64,000 nucleotides of DNA from Balanoglossus misakiensis (Eukaryota > Animalia > Hemichordata): the NCBI GenBank assembly GCA_040954595.2, contig CM082580.2, positions 5,012,783 to 5,076,782 on the forward strand, read 5' to 3'. Position 1 is the stretch's first letter. Every line of letters begins with the position of its first letter. Of the stretch, positions 34,198 to 45,440 are shown in pieces. The notes beneath the pieces were generated by a model. It saw only the letters and a list, made by a program, of their open reading frames with translations. It made no database searches and was not told the origin of the DNA. A program made the position numbers and the translations under genes.

Positions 34198-35007
34198 GGC
34201 TGCATTCACAAACACCTCTGGAAGGGGGGGGGGGCAGGAGAATTGAGGGGGGGGGGGATTTGAAAAAATTGAGGGTATGTAAGGGGGGATTTGAAATAAT
34301 TTAGGGACTGTTAAGGGGGAACTTGAAAACTTTGTGGACTAAATATTTATTTTGAGTCCGCAAAACTGCAGTTTTGAACCCTTCATAATACAAATTTTTA
34401 ATTCTCATGTGGGAGGGGGACACCCCCTCCCACCCCCACCCCCGTCATTCATCAACACCTTTAAATCATTGACTGGTTTATCTAGTGTCCCAGGTCAGGG
34501 GACTTGCCCCCCCCCTCCCCCATGCTAACTTTGAGCGCCGAAGGTTAAATTTGTCCTCCCCAACATACCGGTAGTTGAGTTAATTTGCTTTTGGGTTCAT
34601 TAAAATGCAGTTTTGAACTCTGTATATTGTAAAATTTTCTTACGTGGGAGGGGGCCACCCCCTCCCAAACCCACCCTCTTCACGTCTCGGTTTACAATGT
34701 CTCCCAACACAGAATACAAAAATACTTAAAAAATAGAAACAATGTTCAGTTTTAATCTCCACTGATAAGGGGAAACATCAGTTTCAAATTCTTTTCATGG
34801 GAGCGCTGTTTTTCTTTTTTACAAGATAGATAGGTGATGTGTTTTGCTGTGTGAAAGAAAATAGGGGGGAGGGGATTTGAAAATTTTAGCAGTTCGGAAG
34901 GGGGGGATTTGAAAATATTTCGGGTTGTTGAGGGGGATGTGTGAAAATTAACGGTAAAAAAAATAGAATTCTCCCCCCCCCCTCCAGAGGTGTTTGTGAA
35001 TGCAGCC
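34198..35007. mobile_element. PIF/Harbinger-type MITE (TAA target duplication)
   Basis: TAA|GGCTGCATTCACAAACACCTCTGGA...TCCAGAGGTGTTTGTGAATGCAGCC|TAA; 25-bp perfect TIRs; G-run-rich interior. Confidence 0.85.
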
Positions 35008-35748
35008 TAATGAAGAATTAAATACTTCGTGGTGTCATAACAAACATATATCGTACAGGCTATTAAAAGGATGATTTTCGGGCCTTTTATACCCCTCACC
35101 GGGATTTAACCGTAATACGATCTCATGTGCATTTTGGAGAATCTCTTCTCTCTAATCTTAACGCCGAAAAGCTATACATGTATATCAATATGGAATATAC
35201 TCGAAAAGTAGGTATGTTGTGTTGTTTTACATGCAAGTGGTGAGGCGACAAAATACACACATCAGAGTGATACCATGTCAACATTCTATGATTGATTGAT
35301 TCTCTAACTTCTAAATATAAGAGATTCATTTACTTTTCTATTGAAAAGCGATGATCCTGAGGGTACTATTTAATGTTTTGCAAGGCACAAGACAAATATC
35401 ACAAAGGTCAGACGGAAATGGTGTTTGATGTTTACTGGTGTTCAATGTTTTGCAAGGCGCAGAAATAATATCACAAATGCATGCCACATTCAAGTGATGA
35501 TTGATGATTTCCAGTGGGCGTATGGCTATGCCATTAAAACCTTTACATCTAATATGCCAATTTACAAAACAAAATGCATTTTTTTTTCGTTTTAGTTGAG
35601 TGTGGATTTAGGATGTGACTTGCTTGCCACATGAAATGGTGCAGTAGGTCTGGGTTCTAAAACTGTACAATACAAGTCGATTATTTGTCCATTCTGATAG
35701 CGTAAAAAATATTCTGAACGTATTTGCACGCTTGTTTGTTTGTTTGTT

Positions 35749-35911
<163 letters not shown>

Positions 35912-36680
35912 TTTGACCTTCCTATCGACTCCATGACGCTATGATCGAGATTTCACCATAGTCGAACATCTTCGACAGTACACATACAACAGTATAACAA
36001 ACTGAGCGGGTTTTGAAGGTTAAGTTGTTACAAAAGCTGTCAGCATATACGTTTCAACTAGAAATCAAACCCTGTTTTGTATAACAGGGATCAGATGGCA
36101 CTTTGCTTAATTTTTTATCAGTTGTTATTTGATTTTTTAAACACATTTTTATTATTTCACGCCAGATCACCTTTACCTCTATTTCTGTCCACTATGTGTG
36201 TTTATATGTTAACTGTTCCATCCAGCTACCCCCGCCCCCCATGACTAGTTTTCCAAGAGATCGCCGCCATGTTCACCCCTGCACAATGGGCGTTTTCGGG
36301 AGGAGGGGTTGTAATGATCTGCTAATTGTCAGAAATCTACAATTTCTGAACCCGCTTGTTTTGCACGCCGCCTCCGCAAACTCCATTAACCAAATGACAG
36401 GTCGACAAAAACATTCATTTTTATACCCGATGACATTTAAGCACACTAGTGGCATTTAAAAAGTGCGGGTAGCTTCTTTCAACAAGTCAAGTTTATCAAT
36501 AGAATTATAAGCGATGTTAACTGCTTATAATAAGCCCTAGAGCCGAGAGTATTTTTCATTTAGACCTGGAGCGCCGAACAGCACAGATACTTCTATTTTC
36601 CTGTCAATCAGGTATGTCGACTGTTTTCCATGTACAAATTCAGAATTACTTCGGATTTACTGTACATTTACGGGTTTAGT

Positions 36681-36772
36681 TAGACTAGCCCACTAGTCGC
36701 TTGGCGGTTTTTAAATTATGGGCGTACGCGTTCCCTACACATAATGAAGCCCATAGACTTGGAGCAAGTCTA
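36681..36772. mobile_element. 92-bp TAG...CTA element with terminal hairpins and 9-bp target duplication
   Basis: gggtttagt|TAGACTAGCCCACTAGTC...TAGACTTGGAGCAAGTCTA|gggtttagt; same left end at ~12345. Confidence 0.75.
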
Positions 36773-37216
36773 GGGTTTAGTATGCGTTAGTTGGTACCGG
36801 CGTTTTTTTCTTGCAACCAATTCGAAGATTGCGCGGTTTTACTGTATAGCGGATAAAAGTTGCGGCTGAGTTAAATATTGCTTTAGGCCTAACATATCGT
36901 TTATCTGCTTGAAGCTTGGATCTTGATGATGGTACAAACATTTTCAGACAAAGAATGGAAGGTTTAGCCAGGATATAAGCATGCCAGACTGTTGTACTTG
37001 GCGTTGAATATCTTTTCGAAGACGCAGTTAAGATGTCTTGTGGCTTATAATCATTGAAGTCTTTCCCAATTCACAAAATGCGGGAACTAAAAGCCAAGTC
37101 CCAGTGATAAAATGTACGTAGAAGTCATTTTTGATACAAAGCTTTTCTATTCTCTTTGAACGCTGCTGGAATTTCATCATATGGTAACCGCTGCCAGACA
37201 CCAGAAATTGACGAAA

Positions 37217-40200
37217 ATGAAATTGTATCTGGCTCTACTGGGTTTGTTGGTCACGGAGGCATTGCCATCCGCGAAAGGTACTGTAACATGTTCGAATAGG
37301 ATACATGCACCTACTCATTAATTTTGATGTTGCTTATTCCAATAGCCCATTATTTCACGTTAACATCTGCAGCTGTTCTTTATTTTTTTTTGATATTCTT
37401 GATTCATCAGTGCACGGCCAACAACAAAATACTCTCTTGAAGTTTAATAACTTATTTTTGTATGCTAGATTTGATTTTTGATTATTTTTCATCACCACAT
37501 AGTCCTATGTGACTAAGAGTTCCAGGCTTTTGTGAATATTACTATACACAGAGAATTAGTTTCTTTTATTCGTGTTTTTTTGCTTAATTCTATTTATTGG
37601 ATGACTAGTGTTGGTACAACTTGCATTGATTGTGGTGACTGTATGCACGTGCTTGTCTCTATCTGTATGTATGTCTTTCTATCTGTCTTAGTTAATGGGG
37701 CAATACCTGCAGTAGTTTTATCCTCGGCTATTGCCCTTTACCTGTACAACAGCAGAGCCGCTGAAATGGTGGTTTTGTTTAGGTAATGTAGTTCACACCA
37801 CCCACACACAACGAAGCAGTCGAATGGTGTTTAAGCAACGACGTTATAACGACCTGCTTGGTAGACTTAAAGGGACAAAGTCTCTCCCCCGCTGCCTTTT
37901 TTTCATTAATTGTTTGGTACAAGACACTGTTTATATATTAATGTCCATGTGGATAATCAGTGAATCAACGTTCAACCACACACACCTTCCATTTCACTTG
38001 TAGACACGAGAGTGAAAAAACTCGCCAAATTGAATAATCGGTCTCTACCATTGATTCATTTTGGGTAAGTTTTTACTCTCATATCTTACAAGTGGGATGG
38101 AAGTTGTGTGTGGTCGAACGTTCATTCACTACATACACATGTACATTAACATAAATGGTGTCTTGTATCAAACATAATTAACGAAAAAAGGGCAGCGAGA
38201 GAGAGAATGTGTCCCTTTAATGTACCTTCAATTTCTCCACCAGGCTGTGCACCACAATGGGACAACTTCGCGGACAAATTGTACTATGCATACCTTGAAG
38301 AAGTGTACACGTACGACGAGGCCAAGTCGATTTGTAGAGGCAAAGGTGGGGAGCTTGTCACTATCGACGACTCCCATAAAAACCTGTTTCTGAAAGGCAA
38401 GTAGACTATCATACATCAACCATTTGTAGAATGTGGAGCCCCTGTAACAAAAACATAATAAGGCCACACGTGTGGGATCCCCTAATAGTAAATGAACTCT
38501 TTTCGTGGCTAAAAACTTGAAAAAAATAGTGTTTTTTTGCGTCGCTGGTGCAGAGTTCAAGCAAGAATATTCAAAACTGAAAGAGAGGCCCGTAATATAT
38601 TTCAAAATCCTGAACACCCGCTGTTAGTAAAGTTCATTTCAGAAACCCGAGAAAAAATATGTTTAGAAAATCATTTCTCCCAACAGTTGTATCAAATTCT
38701 AAATTCAAATGCAGTTTGACTCTTTCTAATATTTATATACGTGGCTGCAGATACGGATTTTGTCATCTCAAACGCCTTTTATTTCAACCAGTGTGACAAT
38801 TCATACTCCAAGCCAGGTAGTGTACATTTGCATATGAGTCAACATCAAAACTCGACTTCAAGACCAAATGAGCGATTTTCCGTGTTGTTTTGTTTTTGAT
38901 ATGGCATAGACCCATTACGTTATTTTTTATATTAATACATAATTAGGTTATACCATGATATCTGGTAAACAAAACTTGTGGATTGGTTTAAGTGACATCG
39001 AGAACGAAGCCGACTGGAGGTGGGAAGATGGCACTGAGGTTGGTGTTATGCATTTCTTTGTCTATTGATAATATCGCATACATGCAGCGAATCTAGTTCC
39101 AGTATTATTGATCAACAAGATTGTTTGTGTGTTCGATCGATGATTTGGTCTGTAATTACGCCTTCTTCGTGCATGATGGTTTACTTGAAAGGATATCTCA
39201 ATACATGTAGTCCAGTTTGCATGAGAACCACACTTGATAACAGTGTGTGGAATAATATATTCTCACAATCTGATCCCACACTCTCAGCGTGCCAGGAGTG
39301 TGAGAATGGGAAAACATTGTTGAAAGTATACTTGAAAAGCCAATTAATATCGAATTCGACGAATAGATGCCCATATTTTTATGGTAACGTGAAGAAACCA
39401 AAAAGAGGTATAACACCGACGCCGGACTAATCTCGTGCCTCTGTAGGCCTATCTTACTTAATCTTTCAATTGAAGAATACAGGTGAATTACGTGATTTTT
39501 TTTCATTCAACAGCTGTCATACAGAAACTGGGCCACAACAGAACCACGGCGCCCCGGAAGTTTGGACTGTGCTTTCATATCGGGAGCTAATGACGGTTAC
39601 TGGAAAACAAGTGACTGTGCAGAGAAACGGGGTTTCATCTGCCAAAAATCAGGTGCGAATAACTTCATTTTGGCCGTTGGTTACATATGTCACCCAAGTA
39701 AAAATCATTTTCTGAAATATTCCGCTGCAATGTATCGGCTGGAAATGTTTACATATAGGGTAATATTACAAAAAATTAGTTGTAGAAGACAATGTTTCAG
39801 ACATTTTGTATTAATCAGAATTGTTATTGTTGAAAATTGACTCCAAGTCCGGACATCAAGTATTTGTCAACATGACACTGGCCTTTACTCATGTGCAGGC
39901 TTTGTTGGAAGCTAAAAATATAAATTTTCATAAAGCTATCCAACATAGAATACGAAACTGCAGGTGTTGATGCTGCATCGGGAAATATTGTAAAAATACC
40001 CCAAAATCAGTCGACTGTAACGTCCGTCCCTCGTTACTAAAATGTATCACCGATTTCAGGGCCGTGTAACTCCGAGCCTGTCGGTGTAGAGAATCGAGTT
40101 ATTCCAAATTCGCAGATGACGGCGAGCTCTAATCATAATAGTCGGCACATGGCTTATCAAGGAAGGCTTAACTACCATGGCCCATCTGGATATGGCCATT

Positions 40201-41085
40201 CGTGGTGTGCATTGCATAACAACGCCGCACAGTGGTTGCAAGTTGACCTTGGTGGGGATAGGAAGGTCACCAAGGTCGCCACACAAGTATGTACACAACG
40301 CATTTCGAAATATTTAGAATATTGAAAAACACAGTACTGCCCATCGTCGGTAAAAAAACACCCAAATTGACTGAATAGTAAAAGTATGAAAGCCCGTAAA
40401 CGCCATTTTGTAAAGCAAGAAATAAAAAATTATCTCGTTATAACGAGATAGTATCTCATTGTAACGCAACGTATCAACGGTTTCAACCGAATTTTGCACA
40501 TTTTATGGTGACCACGCTTTTCTTCTTGTTAAATTTAGGGGCGAAGTGATTATTCTCAGTGGGTGACATCATTCAAACTCGGCTACCAGAAGGAACACGG
40601 ACAATGGACATATGTGACTCGGGACGATGGCTCTGAAAAGGTATGAACTTCACAATGTCCGATTGGAAGAACCTGACAATGTCCATACATATACATGTAA
40701 TATATTAAAGATGCGCACAGTGTACACCATACACACGACGGAAAAGAATAAGGAAACACATTTCTGGGATTATTATTGGTAGTAATTTTGGCACAATAAA
40801 TACAAGGGGTGGCTATCACCGCGTACATCAGTGTATAGTGTAAACCTACAGAAAGGCCAGCTTTCCTATATCAACTGAATACACTATAATGTTCAGTAGG
40901 CCTAGTCCCCCTCACTCGTCACCCTGTCTTTTATGTTTCAGATTTTCATTGCGAATTCTAACAGGAACACAATCGTCTACCATGAATTGGGAGACAAGGC
41001 TTTCACAGCAGAGTCTGTTCGGTTTTATCCAGTTACCTGGTATGGCCATATCTCCATGAGAGTGGAAATCTATGCTTGCCAGTAG
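37217..41085 (+). CDS. Secreted C-type lectin domain + F5/8 type C (discoidin) domain protein, 7 coding exons
   Basis: Exons 37217-37277, 38244-38396, 38947-39038, 39514-39652, 40060-40286, 40539-40640, 40942-41085. CTLD motifs AKSIC..LWIGLSD..WRWEDG..NW..DCA..W..C..FIC; FA58C motifs MTASS..GRLN..QWLQVDLG..VATQGR..WVTSF..SMRVEIYAC. Confidence 0.92.
37871..38216. mobile_element. TTAA-flanked MITE (Kolobok-like)
   Basis: TTAA|AGGGACA...TGTCCCT|TTAA with subterminal ctctc..gctgcc / ggcagc..gagag inverted matches. Confidence 0.6.
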
Positions 41086-41630
41086 GCATGCGCAGCATTC
41101 AATGCCATAGAGTTAGCACAACTGCTTCCATTTTGCGGTTTAGTTTCTGTCCGTCAAACAAGTTACCTAATCTTGAACAGCAACTGATGTTTTTTGAGAC
41201 GGTCTGCTTTATGATTAATTGCTGTCACTTTTCTTTTGTCTTTAATTAAAATATCAATTCACGCACTGTGATTCAAGTGTCTGTCAATTTTACTTGGACT
41301 TGCAGTTGATGAGAAAGTGTGCTGATGGAAACGTTAACGCGTGGACTGTTTGCAAATCGCGACACGTACAACGGGTTCATTTTTTCAGCAAGAGTGTATG
41401 CGTAGTCATAACGTTGCAAAATACTTTCTGATACTGCTCTCGGTGTTGTCGTGTCCGTTTTTTTTAAGTAAAATGTGGGGATTCGTGTAGAGAATGTGAA
41501 ATGTGTTTTTCAAAAGTGGACCATTTCAAAACTATATCAACGAGAGAACAAGCCATACATGGTGTTTCAGACTTCAGTGAGTGAGTGAGTGAATATTATC
41601 TGATAAGAAATATCCAACTGCAAAAAAATC

Positions 41631-42088
41631 TGCGTTGGCCGGGAATCGAACCCGGGACAATTGCTTGTTAACCACTACACCACCAACGCCAGTTGGGAGA
41701 GATGTCGTCTGCACGCCAATTCTTGCCCAACATACATGTTTACAGCAAAAAATACATGCGTTGGCCGGGAATCGAACCCGGGACAATTGCTTGGAAGGCA
41801 ACTATGTTAACCACTACACCACCAACGCCTGTTGGGAGAGATGTCGTCTGCACGCCAATTCTTGCCCAACACGCACTCATGTTGGTCGAGTTTACAGCAA
41901 AAAAATACATGCGTTGGCCGGGAATCGAACCCGGGACAATTGCTTGGAAGGCAACTATGTTAACCACTACACCACCAACGCCTGTTGGGAGAGATGTCGT
42001 CTGCACGCCAATTCTTGCCCAACATACATGTTTACTGCAAAAAAGCGTACATGCGTTGGCCGGGAATCGAACCCGGGACAATTGCTTG
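41631..42088 (-). tRNA. Second tRNA-Gly (TCC) array: two intact genes (41757-41828, 41910-41981) and two defective copies
   Basis: Reverse complement of the 20.9-kb unit including its spacer; 41631-41689 lacks 13 nt of the anticodon arm; 42052-42088 is truncated at the same point. Confidence 0.9.
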
Positions 42089-42101
42089 TTTCGATTTTGC
42101 C

Positions 42102-42189
42102 TAGACTGTCGACAGTCCCTCGCGCCTAATGTGTATCGATTTGGCGTTTCGTGGTGCGAGGGCCGTAAGGCCCGAGGGACTGTTATAGC
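42102..42189. mobile_element. Inverted copy of the 34031-34173 element
   Basis: TAGACTGTCGACAGTCCCTCGCGCCTAATGTGTATC...GGGACTGTTATAGC. Confidence 0.7.
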
Positions 42190-42296
42190 ACAGGGATTTA
42201 TTCAGGGAACGTTTAAGTAAGAATTATATGATATAAACTGAATAAATTTGTTGTCGGTCAACTCTTCTGTCTTTGTCTTACCGATACGGCTCTAAC

Positions 42297-42447
42297 TAGT
42301 CTCGGTTACCCAGACGCCTTTGCTCTTCCGATGCTCTCCAGAAAAGGGTCTTGGGAAATGCTATTGAAAGCTTAGTCTCGGTTACCCAGACGCCTTTGCT
42401 TCTTCCGATGCTCGGAAGAAGCAAAGGCGTCTGGGTAACCGAGACTA
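42297..42447. mobile_element. TAG...CTA hairpin element with 9-bp target duplication
   Basis: ggctctaac|TAGTCTCGGTTACCCAGACG...CGTCTGGGTAACCGAGACTA|ggctctaac; related copy ending at ~33954. Confidence 0.8.
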
Positions 42448-44342
42448 GGCTCTAACCGGAACACTGAGGCTTCTGTGCTCATACACTACACGTTATAAAC
42501 AATGGATGATAAAATGCGCCCTCTTTTGGTGAACTCTGCCTACCGCCTGACCTTCTACCATGCTATAATTGTCTAGTAAGGCATTTAGGCGGTCAGCTGG
42601 AGGGGTCAGGCGGTAGGCATTGTTTATAATCCCCATGTTTTACTTAAAAAAACGAAAACGACAACACAGCAGTATCAGAATGTATTTTGGAATGTTATGA
42701 CTACGCATACTTGCTGAAAAAAAATGAACCCGTTGTACGTGTCGCGATTTGCAAACAGTCCACGCGTTAACGTTTCCATCAGCACACTTTCTCATCAACT
42801 GCAAGTCCAAGTAAAATTGACGGAGACCTAGAACACAGTGCGTGAATTGATATTTTAATTCAAGACAAAAGAAAAGTGACAGCATACATCAAGCAAACCG
42901 TCTCAAAAACATCAGTTGCTGTTCAAGTTTAGGTAACTTGTTTGACGGACAGAAACTAAAATGGAAGCAGTGAATTTCGTTTGATTATTTCCCGACGCTG
43001 TTTACATGACCACGTTTCAGCAGAAACTGCGGTAGATGTGGGTATGGTTGTATATGAGTTCGTATCATTATCGAAATTAACCTGATGTACACCATAGTAC
43101 AGGGTCCTTGTGCCGAGTTTGAATAGACAGGGACCAAGCCGTCGCTTTGTATCGAACATTCCATTATGAGTCAAAGTATTATCCATACAGAACGTGGTCA
43201 AAATAAATCTGCTTTTACAACCATTACCTCCAGCCCGAAATTAATACGGATAAATCATCCAAAGGAAATTGAATATCTTTTGATAGATAATTCTACCCAT
43301 CAGAAACCTTCACAAGTTTCAAATTATCTGCTTTTAGAGATTTCATTGAAAATTATACTTGCCACTATTATGGTAATATTCTAGAGTGCCTTCTTATTAT
43401 ATTCCTTCTTTTCTGTAGCAAATATCCTATGATTGATGACGTCAAGGTTTCAACAATATCACATCTCCTGTTTATAGTTGCTTGAAGTAAACATTTTCAA
43501 TATCACGTGACCACTCGTATATATTTAGCCATAGATGTTATCGATGGCGATATTCACATCGACATACCGGTACTAAGTGCAGAAGATTTACACATAAACA
43601 CCTGTTAACAAAGATGACTACTATTGTTACAGATATAGAGATGGTTATTAACGGTACAATACACGTGACCGCTCGCACAAATTTCGCCATAGATGTTATC
43701 GATGGAGATATTCAGGCTGATATACCGATGGTAATTGCAAAAAAATTGCACAACTGTTAATAAATATGTTACATATACATATACATGTATATATATATAG
43801 TTCTATTTTCGCCTACGTTTACTCTGTTGAAAGTTCCCCTCGTATTAGCAACTTGTGACTTCAGTCTTCAGGTTGAGCTAAAAGGTCCGCGTTTGGCCAT
43901 TTACATCCGACGTAAATTGAAAAACAACAACAACCAGAAACAGCTCCGGTATTTACAAACCACAGATTATACAGAAAGCGAAAGTGTTCCTAAACAGTGT
44001 CAATATTCACACAACTGAAATAAATGTATTTTATTAATCACCAAAGTTGCGCTTTGGCGCACTGCCATCCACCGCAATAACTTTTCCTGGGGCGAGACAA
44101 TGATGTCCGTATTGGTTTCCATTGAGGGCACACTTTCCAGTCGCAAATGGTCATTTCGATTATAAGGGGTCGTGTCTGTGGTGGTCTTTAAGATTTGAGG
44201 CGATAGAGATACGCTTGTAGTCGTGCAAATGAAGACGTACGGAACTGAAGTTGACGCTGCACAATATTGCGCGCAGCGGAAACCGAACCAAGTCCCACAA
44301 AACGAGCGTGCGTGCGTATAGTGATATGTTCATACAGGCTGC

Positions 44343-45440
44343 CTACAAGTGGTCTTCACGGGTCGTGTGGCGACTTAGCTGCCCGGGTGTGGTCGACGAG
44401 TGCGGGAATACGACGTCGTTTGTGCTCGGGTTGACTTGGTTATTATTTTGACGGCGCAAGACTTTTCTCAGGGCTCTCCTCATTACCGTCGATCTCAGCG
44501 TGTACACCACCGGGTTGATCGCGCTGCCCATAAAACCCACCGAGTAAAAGAAATGGACTTGGAATGGGTCTCTGCCTCTGTACTTGGTCGTGACCAGATT
44601 CAAGAAGTATGTGATCGTAAACGGCATGTACAGTACGACGAAGGCCACGACGATGGTCACGCAAATGCGAGTGGTCGCAATGTTTCGGCCGCTGTAACTT
44701 GCGCCGTCGGAGTGGGCGTGGACAGCCGCGACGGCTTGCTTGGTCAAGCAATAAATCTTCAGGTACGACACTGTGATGACGAAACTCCCGACAAGGATCA
44801 GAACTGGGAGGACGCCCGACACGCTCTGTTCGACGGCCCCTTCCCGGGCGAAGAAGCGCAGGCAGGTCCTGGCCGAGCCCTGGGCGGTGGTGTAGTAGCC
44901 GTACCCGAGTCCGAACGAGCAACTGGCGGCGATGCAAGCGGCCACCAAACACGACTGGCGGCGCGCTGAAAGATTGCCGGCGATGACAACGGCCCGCGTC
45001 GCGCTTATCGTTATCAGGCTCGCCAGAGATGCCGCTATGGAGGCGTTGAATCCGAACAGCTGGACGTTGCACAGCACGCGAGTCAAAGAAGAGCAAATCT
45101 GGTAGGAGCCTCTCAGTGCACTCATAGTGGAATGCAAGCGAACGGGGGCAAATATGACGCAGACCAGGAGGTCCACGACTGCCAGGGAAACAAGCTGGAT
45201 ATTCGGGGGAATCCGCAGCTTCTTGCAAGTACACACCAACGCGATCACCACGGAGTTGCCGACCCCGCCTAGGATTAACGTCGTAAGTAGGATAACTACG
45301 CTGGCATACAGGAGAAATCTGTCCACCAGTCCGTCGACGTTAAAGAACGGCGTGCCGCTGTCATCGATTCTCACGATGGAGGCATTTGACAGCTTTCCGA
45401 AGTCGTCACAGTCCGACGATATCGTTAGGTTTGAATTCAT
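44343..45440 (-). CDS. Intronless class A (rhodopsin-like) orphan GPCR, 365 aa
   Basis: Seven hydrophobic segments; GN in TM1, LAVVDLL in TM2, Cys at the top of TM3, LYMPF in TM6, NPVVY in TM7; N-terminal N-glycosylation sequons. Confidence 0.93.
   Translation of the reverse strand: MNSNLTISSDCDDFGKLSNASIVRIDDSGTPFFNVDGLVDRFLLYASVVILLTTLILGGVGNSVVIALVCTCKKLRIPPNIQLVSLAVVDLLVCVIFAPVRLHSTMSALRGSYQICSSLTRVLCNVQLFGFNASIAASLASLITISATRAVVIAGNLSARRQSCLVAACIAASCSFGLGYGYYTTAQGSARTCLRFFAREGAVEQSVSGVLPVLILVGSFVITVSYLKIYCLTKQAVAAVHAHSDGASYSGRNIATTRICVTIVVAFVVLYMPFTITYFLNLVTTKYRGRDPFQVHFFYSVGFMGSAINPVVYTLRSTVMRRALRKVLRRQNNNQVNPSTNDVVFPHSSTTPGQLSRHTTREDHL

Larger units (their letters stand above)
41121..42971. 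repeat. ~350-bp inverted repeat (arms ~41121-41480 and ~42631-42971) enclosing a tRNA-Gly array
   Basis: ACTGCTTCCATTTT...CTGTCCGTCAAACAAGTTACCTAA...GTTAACGCGTGGACTGTTTGCAAATCGCGACACG matches the reverse complement of the right arm with few indels. Confidence 0.92.

Noticed and set aside
41121-42971. Definite call as a Mutator/Pack-MULE transposon
   Set aside because: No target-site duplication outside the arms (agttagcaca vs gaatttcgtt), so it is reported only as an inverted repeat.
44400-45234. Long alternative-frame and antisense ORFs over the GPCR
   Set aside because: Expected by-product of GC-rich codon usage in the real ORF.
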